DNA of 64,000 bases from Octopus vulgaris (GCA_951406725.2 OX597827.1:73842001-73906000), one strand, 5' to 3'; shown: positions 25,401 through 39,395, counted from the first letter of the stretch. Notes: generated from the sequence alone by a model not told the origin. Made by a program: numbers and translations.

Positions 25401-26013
25401 ATATATACTTAGGTGGTTATGGACTTCAAGGAGACCCAAACATGGCTGCCATCTACTAATCGGCAAATGACTTACTGAATAAAAGACAACATATACCATA
25501 TTTAAATTGAAATATTGTTTCATATAATTATAAGTTCAATAATCTTCTTATTGGATGTGCGTCTTTAGTTACAATTTGAGTATTGCTAAAGCTTTACATA
25601 CGTACGTATTTATATTTAAACATCGCGCATAATGTATGGGAGTTAGTGAACACTACACAGATGCCGTACTCTGTGTAAGGGAGACCCCTAAAAGACGTAT
25701 CATGTTACAAAAGACACCATATTACAAAGTATCAAAGTATACAAACGTAATCTTTAACGGGGTTTCTTTTTGAGGAAAGATGACAACTTTGTAGCGATTA
25801 CTAACGCAAATACATTCATATGTGATACTGATAGCGTTTACAATATTGAGCATGTACAAGCGCAAAATTTGAAGTTTGTATTCCTTGTGCGACGCTTTTT
25901 TACACCAGCAATTAGATGATATGTAATTTGTATACACATCTCTGGCTGGCAATGACAAGTCGTTTTGGAAGTTTTGGAATAACAAGTCGTTTCGCGACTT
26001 ACGAATACAGGCC

Positions 26014-26016
<3 letters not shown>

Positions 26017-26102
<86 letters not shown>

Positions 26103-26112
26103 TGTGTGCGTG
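26017..26112. repeat. (GT)n microsatellite
   Basis: Direct inspection. Confidence 0.98.
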
Positions 26113-26798
26113 CGTGTCTGTGAGGTACAGAAAGCATTACCATCGAAAAATCTTAAGCATTTGTAGGACATGAAGTAAGAAGTTTTAGTAGCAGAAAGAG
26201 TAAAAAAAAATATGTATATACTAGCGCTAACCCGGCCTCCTCCCCGGTCTGTACTGTACTAAATGTATACCTTATACTTATCAGTCAGATCGTAGTTAAG
26301 AGCTATTAGTCGCCAGTTTTCACGACAAATAGGTCTAAATTGCAGCCTGACTTGTTGCCTTAATCTTTCTCGTTCTCTCGAGTGGGCATTTCTGTACTAC
26401 GCGCATTGCAGCACTACGGGTGTTACTTTAAATAAAGAGCAATAAAATAGCTGTGTATTGTTTCATTGTTTTATGATTTTATTTAACGTATTATTTGATT
26501 TATTTATTATTTTAAACTTAATTTTATTTTTGATTCAGTCATTTTATTTCTGTCCCTATATTATTTTAACAAACGAATATGCATCTGAGTAAAATAAATA
26601 ATATAAATTGATTGATTTACAAATACATTGACAAATCGTCTTCGTATTGTAGCTGGTGTTGTCGCGTGCCGTAGCTTATCATAGCTGGTTAGTAAACAAG
26701 TGCTAGAGCTCTACTCTAGTGACACCAATTATAGATTTTTATTGAAATCTAATTCACCTATAATTCAACAGGGATGCAAAGTACATTAAATATGTGTA

Positions 26799-27128
26799 GG
26801 CACCGGAGTGGCTGTGTGGCAAGTAGCTTGCTTTCCAACCACATGGTTCCGGGTTCAGTCCCACTGTGTGGCACTTTGGGCAAGTGTCTTCTGCTATAGC
26901 CTCGTGAGTGGATTTGGTAGATGGAAACTGAAAGAAGCCTGTCGTATATATGTATATATATATATGTGTGTGTGTGTGTTTCTATGTCTGTGTTTGTCCC
27001 CCAACATCGCTTGACAACCGATGCTGGTGTGTTTAGGTCCCCGTAACTTATCGGTTCGGCAAAATAAGTACTAAGCTTACAAAGAATAAGTCCTGGGGTC
27101 GATTTGCTCGACTAAAGGCAGTGCTGCA
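26799..27128 (+). mobile_element. tRNA-derived SINE, family B
   Basis: A-box gtggctgtgtgg, B-box-like ggttcagtccc, internal (TA)/(TG) tract, tail gaataagtcctggggtcgatttgctcgactaaaggc. Confidence 0.9.
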
Positions 27129-28003
27129 GGTCACTTTAAAATAAAGCCTGTATATTATAAATAATATATATTGGGCATTTCAGTTGATTTATAGGCAAAA
27201 TATTCCAAATTTAAATTTTGGTACTTTCTGAGCAAAATTTGATACTTTGATACTGGTAGTTTCATCAAAAGAAGTTTGACAAATCTGATTGAATGAAGAA
27301 ATTTACAGAGTGCGATGAAAGGAGAGCGGAACATTTCTTGAAAACCACACAGAACTCCCAGGTTAGTTAACCAGAGGCAAAATAATGTTGTGCCAGGAAG
27401 AAGCATCAACGGGAAATATTGTCGACAACTACAAACTAATAACCTGTCTGTCCATTATGTGAAAGCTGCTGAGAGGAATACTATATATAAATCAAAGGTA
27501 GGACAAAAAGAACATAACAAGTGGAATCGAAGAAAACACAACATGCCAAAAATAGACGATAACATAACATGAGGAATACCATAGACAATAACATAAAAAG
27601 ATGTAAACAGGACGGAAACAAGATAGACGGGCCATTCGCAGCAAAGTTCCTCATCAGTCGGTTTCTTAAAGGTCATTATAGATTCGAACCGCTTTAATAC
27701 CGAGACTATTCGAATCCAACAAGGTGCCAGGGACTTAAAGGAAAAGCATTAAGCCTCCAGGAAAATCAAACGAATGTATACAACAACAAAACAAGAACGA
27801 AAACGAAGAGAAAGCAAACTTTATGCTCATACAAAGCAGAGAAAACGATGGTACATTACAATACGAAAATATAAATAAAAGAGAGGGTCTTTCTACTATC
27901 GGACGAATGTAACATTATAAAAAATGCAATTGCAACAGAAACAGAATTATACATTTAAAATGGACAAGCGCCTTTTAGCTATACAACAAAATAAAAACAT
28001 AGT

Positions 28004-28315
28004 TGGGACAAACAAGGACAGACAAAGGGATTAAGTCGATTACATCGACCCCAGTGCGAAACTGGTACTTTATTTATCAACCCCGAAAGGATGAAAGGCA
28101 AAGTCGACCTCCGCGGAATTTGAACTCAGAACGTAGCGGCAGATGAAATACCGCTAAGCATTTCGCCCGACGTGCTAACGATTCTGCCAGTTCGCCGCCT
28201 TAAAAGGATAGTTTTTTAAAAATTATTCCGACGCTCTAACGATTCTGCCAGTTCGCCGCCTTAAAAGGTTAGGTTTTTATTAATTATTCCGACGCTCTAA
28301 CGATTCTGCCAGTTT
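28004..28315 (-). mobile_element. SINE family A with triplicated head region
   Basis: Body matches other A copies; ctaacgattctgccagtt repeated three times at about 60-bp spacing. Confidence 0.9.
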
Positions 28316-29473
28316 CTCGTCAAATAATTGTCGTATAAATAAATAACAAAAACGCTCTTATGTATGTGTATAAGCATGTATGTATGTTTCGCAGAATATT
28401 ACGAGACTGAAAACAGCATCGCACTCCAGTATCTGCTTTGGCATGCATCCTATGATTGGTTGTCCCACTTTGTACCAAGCAATTTATAATGTACTGGGTT
28501 CTTTTTTGGGTGGGGATACAGTATTGAGGGATGTGGTTTCTGTCAGATGCTCAGAGGTATGATAACGGACAGGCACGAGTGTCTTGATGTAAGAGAGATA
28601 TTTTGCTACCCCTAATGAAAACGAAGGAAGAAATTAGGGGTTATCCTCAAGGAACAAGTAAGAATAGAGAAAGAAATTCAGAAAGTGTAGGCAAGTAAGC
28701 AACTCTGTGAAAAGAGAATGACAAATGGTTAGTGATGGAGACAGAGGTGGATCCGGTGAGTGTGGAAAACGTGCAAGCATCGTCAAGGCTGAATATCAGT
28801 TTTTTTTTTGGGGGGGGGGGTGAAGGGATTAGGAGAGGATGAGTGAAGGAAAGGAGGAGGAGAAGATAAGTGATAGAACAAAGTAAAGATGGTGGAAAGC
28901 AATAGTATAATGAAACCGGGGATAGATGAGATGTAGGGTGGTTTTATGATGTATGGGGATTTTCGGAATCGGAGTCTAGCGGGAAATAGGGATGGAAATT
29001 GCGTATATGTGTGTTATGTATATATGGGTGTATGTGATGTCACGTGCGTGTGTATATTTCAAGAATGTGCTAAATGTTATTTGTCAGTATACAATAATAG
29101 TGTAACATCTTTTCTTTTATAGGATTTAAACTGTTGTTTTATGGAAACAAGATTATTAATGTTATGCTGTTCTGCATATCTCAAACTGTCTTATATTAAT
29201 AAAGCCTAAAAGGGGTTCCAATTTTTATATATTTCTTACATATTCATGCCTTAATATCATTGCGCTTCTTGGTTAAACTTCGTCAATCAGAATTTAAATG
29301 TTGGGAAAGAAAGTCACGCTTTAAACAATTGTACTTATTATCAGAAATGCGTAGCTGTATGTTCGGACAACTCACTTTGAATGAAATTCTAATTTAAATA
29401 GTGTATATCAGAATGTAATCTTCAGCAATCCTGCTAATATTTTACTAAAATTTTTAACAATCATTTTACTTAC

Positions 29474-29626
29474 GCTTTTGACAATATGGCTTTTTAAATC
29501 CAGGTAAGCATCCATTTTCACATTTACTAAGGATTTGGAACTGACAGTCACTAAGGTGTTTACAGTTACATTGGTATTTCTGGTCTTTCCCAAACAAGTC
29601 AACTCCATTATTACCTTTACAACTGT
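29474..29626 (-). CDS. Coding exon 3: EGF/laminin-EGF-like (D)SCKGNNGVDLFGKDQKYQCNCKHLSDCQFQILSKCENGCLPGFKKPYCQK
   Basis: ttcag acceptor, GTAAGT donor, 153 nt, phase 1-1; C-x-C...C...C-x3-C-x2-G-F-x4-C pattern. Confidence 0.88.
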
Positions 29627-30528
29627 CTGAATACAAATAATATATCAACATTATTAAAACATTTCTTTGAGTAATTCTCTTAATAAATAATATTGATTCG
29701 TTAATATTAGATAGTATCTAATTTATAAAAAAAGTTATATATTAAGATAGCGTTATGATTTATACACTGTAAAGAGCATTAGCAATTTCAGTGATGAGAA
29801 ATGAATTAATCCGTATATTAGGATCGGTTGGCAAACAGTTTGCTTCTACGCTGCTCCATTGTCTGCCCTGAACATTAATTTATTATATATCGCATAATTT
29901 CGGTGTAAGACATACAACACAAATGATTAGTGATTAAAACAACAGATTCTCAAGTTTATTTACGCATATATTTTCTTCACATCTATTGACGCATTTTAAT
30001 GCCATTGTTGTTATTTAGCCATCACTGGGCATTCATTCCGTGGACCAATGATCAAAGATTTTACACCCATGTCTATCTTGTTTCCACTTTATCCAGTGTG
30101 TTTCTTTCTCAGAACAATAGGGTATGATTTTAGCAGGCCAACCAATGAGAAAATGGGTGTCTTTAACCATTGCAGACTTTCAGGTTTTTTATTTTTATCA
30201 TATATCTTGAATTATTGAAGTTTGTGAGTCCTTCCTTTTGGTATATTTTCTCATTGAAAAGCCGCTGGGAGATACCTAGTAGTACTGGGATAATTTAAAG
30301 ATATAACATTCATAGAAGAGAATAATACACGCATATAGTTTTAAAGTTTTGTTGAGAACTTGACATTGCAGAAAACAACTTGTCAAATTTTACTGCGTGG
30401 AGAATAAATCTTTCACAACGTTCAAAACTGAGGTCCATTATAAATTTTATAATCTAAAATACACACTTATATTCATAAGCAGATATATATATATATATAT
30501 ATATATATTTAATTTATTTTATAGAAGG

Positions 30529-30579
30529 AGCTTCTACAGGACTAGAACTGTTTCATTCAAAAGAAATCATCAGGAAGCT
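30529..30579 (-). ncRNA. Type I hammerhead ribozyme, sense to host pre-mRNA
   Basis: Reverse complement: agcttc-CTGATGA-t ttc tttt gaa t-GAAAcag-ttctagtc-ctGTA-gaagct. Confidence 0.85.
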
Positions 30580-30778
30580 AGGTGACAAGAGTAGTTTTGG
30601 CATTTATACATTTAGGCAGGTTTAAAGGGGTGGTGGTGGGGGACTTTTTGCGGTAGACATGGCGCAAACTATCATTCTTAGGGGAGTGGTCAAAGGAATC
30701 GGTGGTAAAGTAGATAAAAGAATAAATAAAAGAATAAATAGAAAAATAGAGTTTTAGGTAAATAAGGAGACTGTCACT

Positions 30779-30809
30779 TATACATATACATATATATATA
30801 TATGTACAT

Positions 30810-30859
<50 letters not shown>

Positions 30860-31223
30860 GTACATATACACATACACACACACACACATACACATATGTA
30901 TACATATACATACATACATATACACACATATACATACATACACATATACATATATACACATACACATACGTACACATACACACATACACCCATATACACA
31001 TGTACATATGTACCCGTATACATGTATCTACGTACACGCCCATACCCATACTCATACATACACTTATATATGTCTACACACATATATATATAAAAGGGGA
31101 TATACACCCCCATACACACGCGCTCCCATATCCATATATATATATATACATATACATACACATATATATACACACACCCATATACACACATATATATATA
31201 CATACATACACATACATACCTAT

Positions 31224-31282
<59 letters not shown>

Positions 31283-31753
31283 TATATATATACACACACT
31301 CACATACATATGCATATACATGCACACACATACACACACATTTCTTCCCTTATTTTAATTTTATTTTAATTTTTTACTTTTGTTTTTATTTTTATTTTTA
31401 TCTTGACCTCGGCCAGCCAGCCCGGCACTGAAGTGATGTCGTCCCAAGGGAACTAGTCTAAAGAGTCCATTTATTGCCCCTCTGCCTTCCTTTCTATCTT
31501 TCTACTCACTGATACGAACACAAACACTCACACACGCACACACACTCACACGTACACTCATACACATACACACACGCACATGTTATATTCATACATACAT
31601 ACATCTACATACATGCACGTATATACACATACGTACACGTACCTACAAATTCATATCTACACGCATACACATACATACATCTATACACCCACAGAAGACT
31701 AGTCCATACATATACACAAATAAATATATATACATATACATATACACATACAT

Positions 31754-31802
<49 letters not shown>

Positions 31803-31832
31803 CACATATATACATATATATACTTATATACA

Positions 31833-31878
<46 letters not shown>

Positions 31879-32576
31879 TACACATATATACATATATACA
31901 CACATACATACACGTACGCGCATACCTACATATACATACACACATATATACTTACACCAGTCATATGCATACCTACATACCCATACATCCATATATCTAT
32001 ACATATACATACACGTATATATACACACAAGCACATACTAATACACACGCACACACATCTAGCTACATATATAAAAAAGAAACCCAACAAGTCCATACAT
32101 GTACACACATACACATACATACATGCATATACACATATATACCCATACACATATACACATACATACACATATACATATATATACACACATGTATATATAT
32201 ACATATATACATATACATATACATACACACATGCATACACATACACACACACACGCGCATCTATATATACACATAAGTACATACATGCATAAATGTATAC
32301 ATATGTTTATACATATGCACACACATACACACACACACGCGCATCCTTATATACATAAATACATACATGCATACTCAAATAATAAATAATAAATAATAAA
32401 TGTATATACATGCAGTTACCCATTATACAGACGGATACATACATATAAACATACACATATATACCTATTTACACATATGTATATATACATACATGCATAC
32501 CCATACACATAACTCTACATACCTACATATACATAAACACACAAGCGTACACACATATATATATATACATATATAC

Positions 32577-32608
<32 letters not shown>

Positions 32609-33074
32609 CCACACACATACATATACACATATACATACACACACACATACATATACACGCACGTAAATACACGCACTCACATACATGCGTATATTCCTAC
32701 TAACACCCATACGTTTCTATACATATATACAATACATATATACAAGTGTACACATACAATATGTGAATAGTCTTAGGAGAAAATATATATACATGAAACA
32801 AATGGAAAACAGGAGATACACCATAGAGCGACCCTTCATCAGTTATCGGCCGTTTCTCTCTCTCTCTCTCTCTCACTCTATCTATCTGTCTATATATAGA
32901 TATATATATATATATATATATATATGAATAGCCGACAACTGATGAAGGGTCGCTCTTTATGTTGTTTGTCTTGTTTTCCATTTGTTTCTTTTGTTGTCCG
33001 CAAAAAAGTTCATATTCCCTGTATTTGTATTTCAGATAATTTGTTGTTTACGTTTTGTGACGTCCTGTGCCCAC

Positions 33075-33129
<55 letters not shown>

Positions 33130-33270
33130 AGTATTTATATATACGTATGTATATATGCATCATATATATATATATATATACATATTATTTATATTATTAT
33201 AAGATTGAACACCACGCATCTTTTTCCAACTAAGTTTTATCTATCTATCTATATACATACATATATATAT
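30779..33270. repeat. About 2.5 kb compound (TA)/(CA)/(TACA) low-complexity array with embedded PLE-like fragments
   Basis: Direct inspection; source of many spurious ORFs. Confidence 0.95.
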
Positions 33271-33329
33271 GTGTGTTTGTGTGTGTATAACCAGTTTTTA
33301 GTGTTGCATCGAGCTGTACCGATATAATA

Positions 33330-34135
33330 TAGGATAAATACAGTACCAATAGCAATAATGCGTGGATGGAATTTATAAGCATTTAATACATCGCTACGCA
33401 CGTTTCCACAAATCACATGCCTCCTAAGACCGCCGTCCGTATTCCTAATTACAGTGTAGTTCATGATATTCGTGGACCTCGGGTAAATCACGTCCATGGA
33501 TTCATTTCTTCAGGTGATATAACATTAATAGATGTTTAACAAAGGGCTGTTTATCCCTTTTGACCAGTACGAAGGTTCATTAATTTATGTGGCTATTTCG
33601 GTATGTATTTGTGGTGATGGGTGCTGGAAAGAGAGGGAGGAGCGGCAGTTATATGGGGATGGAGGTGTGTCTGGTGATGTTGGGCTTATTTTGCTATTCC
33701 GTCTGTACATTCCTTTGTTCGATCTCATTTATGGCATCACTATCTTCAATGAAGTCTGAAGTAAACAGGTCAGTCGTTACAGCCACTACAGCCATCAGCT
33801 GTTGGAGTTCGTTGCCCGAATTGATAAATAATTTTTTCTTAGAGTGACCTTTTATTTGTTTCTGCTATTACAGTTGTATATTGTTTAACATCCTAAACAT
33901 TGGTTTCTTCTTTCCTTGTTCTCTAATATACTAAGGGTGGTTGATGTTATTTCGTTCCAAAATGCATTTTTCTTTCAAATTCAGAAACAATGTTTTGCGT
34001 CTATGTTTATATGATGTGATCACCTCGGAGTGTCTATTTGTGTATTTATCACGTTTTTTCTGAGTGCAATGATTTCCTGAGTTTCTTCAAGGCATAAATT
34101 GCATCGGGACATCACCGGTGTGCAACTGTTACATG
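33330..34135 (-). mobile_element. PLE ORF C-terminus and 3' region
   Basis: Minus strand near 34130-33990 reads SRCNLCLEETQEIIAL...VIN...SEVITSYKHRRK, like the CxLCLxEK...LNxRSE...HR end of PLE ORFs. Confidence 0.65.
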
Positions 34136-34137
34136 TG

Positions 34138-34196
<59 letters not shown>

Positions 34197-34817
34197 ATAC
34201 AGGTGACATTCCCATCACTTAATGAAATTAAGTAAATCAAAAAGAATAGTATTGTATTTGGTATAAGATATATAAAATTTATCAGATGAATGCTATAAAC
34301 AGGAACATGTTAACTATGTTAACATCATCTGCATTTTAGTTGTTGTTTTTTTTCATAACAAAAGACATCCATTTTGAAATATTTTTAAATATTTATTTTT
34401 TCCTTATTTAAAATTCATATTATTAGTTATATATTTTCTTAAAAGTGTGTAGCCTTTGATAAAACTTTCCTAATGACTTCTGCCTAAAATTGATTAATCA
34501 TAGTTATCAATTGATACATATTTTCTCTTGCTCTATGTCATTCTCTGTCTTCTTATAGAATACGTGTCGTGGTCCTCTTTGTCTTCTTTACTGTGATGGT
34601 AATTTACAGAACGAAATCAGTATTTCAGACATGTGTGAACAAGTTCACGTACAGATAATTGCATATAATAGCACCCACAAAGCAATAAGAAACCGCACTC
34701 TATTGAAGGAATCTAAAACTATTACAAGATGATGGAACATGCAAAATATGAGAGTAAGAGCTGGATCATGCTATTCTATTAAATGATATAAAATAACACT
34801 AATACTACTAAACTTAC

Positions 34818-34904
34818 CAGGTTTTCTGAAGCAAGTACTTTTACAATAATCAAGTTCCCTCTTATTATCTGCGACGCAATCTCCTTTGGTGATATCACAT
34901 TGGG
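34818..34904 (-). CDS. Coding exon 2: Cys-rich unit (S)QCDITKGDCVADNKRELDYCKSTCFRKP
   Basis: AG acceptor and GTAAGT donor, 87 nt, phase 1-1, open frame with 4 Cys. Confidence 0.75.
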
Positions 34905-35128
34905 CTTTAATATAAATAAAAATAATTTTTTTATTTTTAAGAAACCATCAAGTGAGATACCTTAGAAATCTAGTAGAATATGAAAATATCCTATTCATGT
35001 CTTTCTCGGCAATAAAAATGACATAAATCAAAACATTTGTTAGTGAAAATAAAAATGAAGGGAAAGCTTTTCAGCGAAAATACAGACCGAAACTTTATTG
35101 CCGGGATCGTAATAATGTTATAATATTG

Positions 35129-35461
35129 AAAGGGTAAAGGGTAAAGACCCCCTTCGGTCATGAATGACCTAGAAAGTTACCCTCCTAGACACAAGTCCGG
35201 GCAAGGTTGTTTATGGAAGACCAGCAGTCACCCATGCATACCAGCCTCCTCTCTCCACGCCACCAGTGTTATCCAAGGGAAAGACAAAGGTCGATACAGC
35301 TTGGCATCTGTGACGACGCAACTCATTTCTACAGCTGAGTGAACTGGAGTAACGTGAAATAAAGTGCCTTGCTCAAGAACACAACTCGCAGCCCGGTCCG
35401 GGATTCGAGCTCACAACCTCACGATCGTAAGCTCGACGCTCTAACCACTGAGCCATGCGCC
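35129..35461 (-). mobile_element. tRNA-derived SINE, family C
   Basis: ggcgcatggctcagtggttagagcg (A box)...gctcgaatccc (B box), core ttcttgagcaaggcacttta, tail (tttaccc)n. Confidence 0.88.
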
Positions 35462-35479
35462 TTATAATCATATAAACTA

Positions 35480-36400
35480 TATAAAATCATGAGGTCTGTG
35501 TAATAAAATACAGTAGATAGTGATTGGCTTGAGGTTTAGAGCTGGAGTAAAGAGTAAGACATGTAGGAGAGGGATTTTTATAGCAATGAGCTTAGAGCAG
35601 TTCTAGCAGGCTTAGTTTATTATTGAGCATTAGGTAGATATTGGAATTTTTGCATTCGATAGAGAATAGAGAACGTTTATGTTAAATGCAAAGTAAAATG
35701 TGTTCATACTAGTGTATAATTAAAATGATAATTTCAAATGATTAATAAAAATAGTATCATATAATGAAAATGTTTCGTTTAATAGTAAAGTACCTAGGCA
35801 GCATAGAGGCATTATCATGGGAGTAATTATTGACCTTGTTTTAGCCGACTTGTACTTGCTTAGAGATTTAGAAAAAGAAAACATTAAGTCTAGTTAGGCA
35901 GCTTAGTGCCTGTCGTAGATATAAAGATGATATTTTCGTTCCAAATTATAATTTCTGAAATGTGTCAAGGCCGACAGGAAGCGTTGCTGCTTTCTAGGGC
36001 TAAATAGCAGTGGTGTGATTCCCTTCATGGGACTGTCACATTAAGTTGACAGTATACAACTACTCTATCGTACCACTACTGCTTATATCTCTCTGAGATA
36101 TTTAGAAATGTAATATTTCTATGAATGATTATTATTTTACAGTTTACCATTGGGAGTTTGAGACTAGCATAATTAGTAAGAATGTTAATGAGATTAATTA
36201 TGTGGATTATTCGGTTGAGATATGCTACAGATCTATATTTACTTATGTATACAATAAGATTAGCAAGTTCAAGTGTCAAGTCGCAACGATTCATTACACT
36301 AACAGCTCAACGCCAAATAGACGGACATCGAGTGTTTGCAGTGTAAATAACAAGACATCAAAAAATATTTCAAAGCTTGGTTTTATTTAGTAGTTATGTC
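35480..36400 (+). mobile_element. PLE reverse transcriptase remnant
   Basis: FNSKV.RQHRGIIMG...VLADLYLL...RYKDDIF motifs at 35760-35940. Confidence 0.65.
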
Positions 36401-36564
36401 TCTGTCTGATGCTAATATCTGGTAGTTCGTTTCCATGTTGCTTGTTATTGCTTTCTATTGTTGAAATTTGTGATGACTATGCAGCTTCTTAGGTAATATC
36501 TCATTCTATGTCCAGATAATTTGTGGAGTTAGTTATAAGTTTAGTTATCATAATATATACGTTG

Positions 36565-37335
36565 CGAGGAGCGTTCATTTACTTTTTTCTCTGACCCCCT
36601 TCCCGTTACTGCAGGAAACGGAACTTATACATGTATAACCATTCGTCTCTACATATCACATTGTAAATTGCACCGTTCCACTAGCATTCGTTTATCCTTT
36701 ACGGCTGCTGAAGTGGACCAAGGTGTTATAGTGGAGGCAGTTTTCAGTGACGAGGTTCTTATACTTGGAAGGTCTTACACCAAAAGAGACCTTCGATGAA
36801 ATTAAAGAAGTTTATGGTGACGATTCACCATCATTCAACTTAGTCAAGCTCCAGCATCACCAGTTCCAATGTGGTCGGACATCGGTGGAAACTTCTCCTG
36901 TTCCTGAACAACCACATTCCGCCATTGATGACGACACCATAAGGTGGAAGCCGCCATTTTGGAGGATGGCCGCATAACTATTCGGTAACTCGCTCAAGAA
37001 GTGAAGATAAGTATAGGGTCCGCGGACAAAATCATTCACAGCAATTTGCACATGTAGAAGTTGTCTGATCGATGGAGTCCCCGGATGCTCACACCTTTTC
37101 AGAAGCAGGACCGAATCAAGTGCTCCCAGACAATTTTGGCAATGTGCCAAGAAAACAAGGATATTTTCAACAGACTTATCACACAGGATGAAACATGGGT
37201 CCATCACAGTGATCCTGATACTAAAGTCCGGTCGAAGCAATGGAAGCATGATAACTCACCCCCTCCAAAGAAGGCGCGTGCCCAACTCTCAGCAAGCAAG
37301 AAGATACTCACAGTTTTGGGGACCAGCGCAGAATA
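36565..37335 (+). mobile_element. Mariner transposase pseudogene, 3'-truncated
   Basis: KEVYGDDSPS, RWSPRMLT, ITQDETWVHHSDP, SKQWKH.NSPPPKK. Confidence 0.85.
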
Positions 37336-37379
37336 GTGATGATGCATTTTCTGGAAAAGAGCACTTACTTGATGAAAGA

Positions 37380-38225
37380 CATATAGATGGTCTCCAAGAA
37401 GACAATAAAACTATTGTTTACCTAATAGATGGGCAAAAGGCATTCTACAACAGAATAAAGGCAACGCCACGGAAGAACGACAGCGGCTTATTTGCAACCT
37501 TTAAAAGGCTGAACATTGGAAATTGAATCAAGAAACGAAAAATGTGAACGAAATTCTGAAACACACCATAACAAAGAACATCACAGAAACAAATAATTTG
37601 ATCAAGAATTGTTGTAGCAGAAAATGTGGGTGTTGATGTCAAGAAAAAGAAATATATTGGGAGTGACAAAAGAAAAGATCCATGGTAGAAAAGAAGAATA
37701 CAGGCGGGGTTAGATATGCTCTTGAATTACATGTTAGACCGAAACGAAAGGGAGGAGCTTCAAAGCGAGCAGAAATACAGGGCACTGAACAGAAAGTATG
37801 GGTATTGAAAGAAAGAGCTTGAAATTGGTAATGGAGACACTGAAACAGCGCCTCGTTGTGCAAAGAAAAACGAAGGAATACCAGCAGAATAGCTTATTTC
37901 TGTGTAGATCAGAAGAGATTCTACAAAGAAATAAATGGAGAGTGTACAGATGAAAAGATGATACCATATAACATTGAAAGTCAAAGGTTGTGAGTGACAT
38001 CTGGAGCAAAGACAAGGAGCACAAGAAGGATGCTAAATGGTTGCAAAAGCTGAAGCAAACAGTAGTGTGTCCACAACAGGCAGATCTAGTCATTTCAGTT
38101 AGGGAAGTGAAGAAGATCAACAAAATGATGGGCAACGTGAAGGCCCCAGGTGCAGATGGGGTTCAAGGCTACTTGATCAAAAGCTTAGTGAATGTCATAC
38201 ACGAATAGCTGCACAAATTAACAGC
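37380..38225 (+). mobile_element. Non-LTR retrotransposon RT remnant (R4/Dong-like)
   Basis: IWSKDKEHKKDAKWL...KAPGADGVQGYLIK. Confidence 0.6.
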
Positions 38226-38735
38226 TACGCTAGATTGACCACCTAACAGGCATTATAAAACCGAGCATTTCACAAAAACCCACTAGAACCACCCAGCGAA
38301 CTTCCACCATGGGTCATCACAATTGCTTAAGGTAAAAATTAATTCCTCGCTCTTTCGGAAACATCAATCTTCTGTATTGACCGCTTTCCACCACTTTGAT
38401 CTGTTTTTTGTATTGAATACGTATCGCCACCGTGGGCCACTGCATCGAACACTTTGAACATATACTTCAAACTATATATCAACTATACATGAACTATATA
38501 TCAACTATACATGAACTCTAAGATGTCTGACTCCGTTGTGTATTATAAATGAATTTCTTGTGTTTGACGGCATGAGCTGTCTCTTTTTATATATAACTTT
38601 TTTTGATAAGGTTCATTTCAGGAACTGAAACATGTTATAATGTATATATAAAAATTAAAAATTGTATAATACAGCAGCATTTTCGAACTTCATTTTTTAC
38701 AAATATATACCTACTCGTATACGAGCTAATCCTAT

Positions 38736-38793
<58 letters not shown>

Positions 38794-38829
38794 ATAGATA
38801 GATATGTATATATGTATGTATGAATGTAT

Positions 38830-39025
38830 ATGTGTGTCTGTGTTTCTCCCCCAGCGATGTTGACAACCGATGTTGGTGTGTTTACGACACCTTACTTTAG
38901 CGTCTTTGGAAAGAGACCGATAGAATAAACACTAGGCTTACAAAGAATAGGTCTTGGGTTGATTTGTTCGACTAAAGGCAGTGCTCCAGCATGGCTGCAG
39001 GGAAATCATTGAAGCAAGTAAAAGA
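38830..39025 (+). mobile_element. SINE family B, 3' half
   Basis: ttgacaaccgatgttggtgtgtttacg...gtgctccagcatggctgcag. Confidence 0.85.
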
Positions 39026-39149
39026 AAATATATGTATATATCTATGCACAATTTGTGTGTGCGTGCGTGTGTGTGCGTGCCCACGTGTGTGTGCGTGCGT
39101 GCGTGTGTGTAATATCTGATTTGATATGTGCACCACCACAATTTTGTTC

Positions 39150-39395
39150 CAGTCTTGATCACAACCGTTCGACGAACGGAATCGCGAACTCTGAGTGGTA
39201 GTTTTGTGGTGTCTTTGCAGCTTTTGTTCAATGGACACGAGTGAGTCACTTGAAATCTGCTGGTGTCCTTGCAAACCCTTTGGCAAATGAGACAAGTTGA
39301 AAACTGCATTTGCTTGAGTGGTTGTGGATCATTTACTGAGTTTCGTTGAGTCGAGGACAAGGCCTGCTTTGCTTCGTGCCACAAAACTACAATTG
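39150..39395 (-). mobile_element. RTE-like LINE extreme 3' end
   Basis: TCLICQRVCK zinc-finger-like C-terminus. Confidence 0.45.

Noticed and set aside
30578-33327. Numerous long ORFs rich in YI/HT/CV
   Set aside because: Translations of (TA)/(CA) microsatellites; the same applies to similar ORFs throughout the window
35385-35461. tRNA gene-like sequence
   Set aside because: A and B boxes are present but continue into a SINE body and tail with no proper acceptor stem; SINE head
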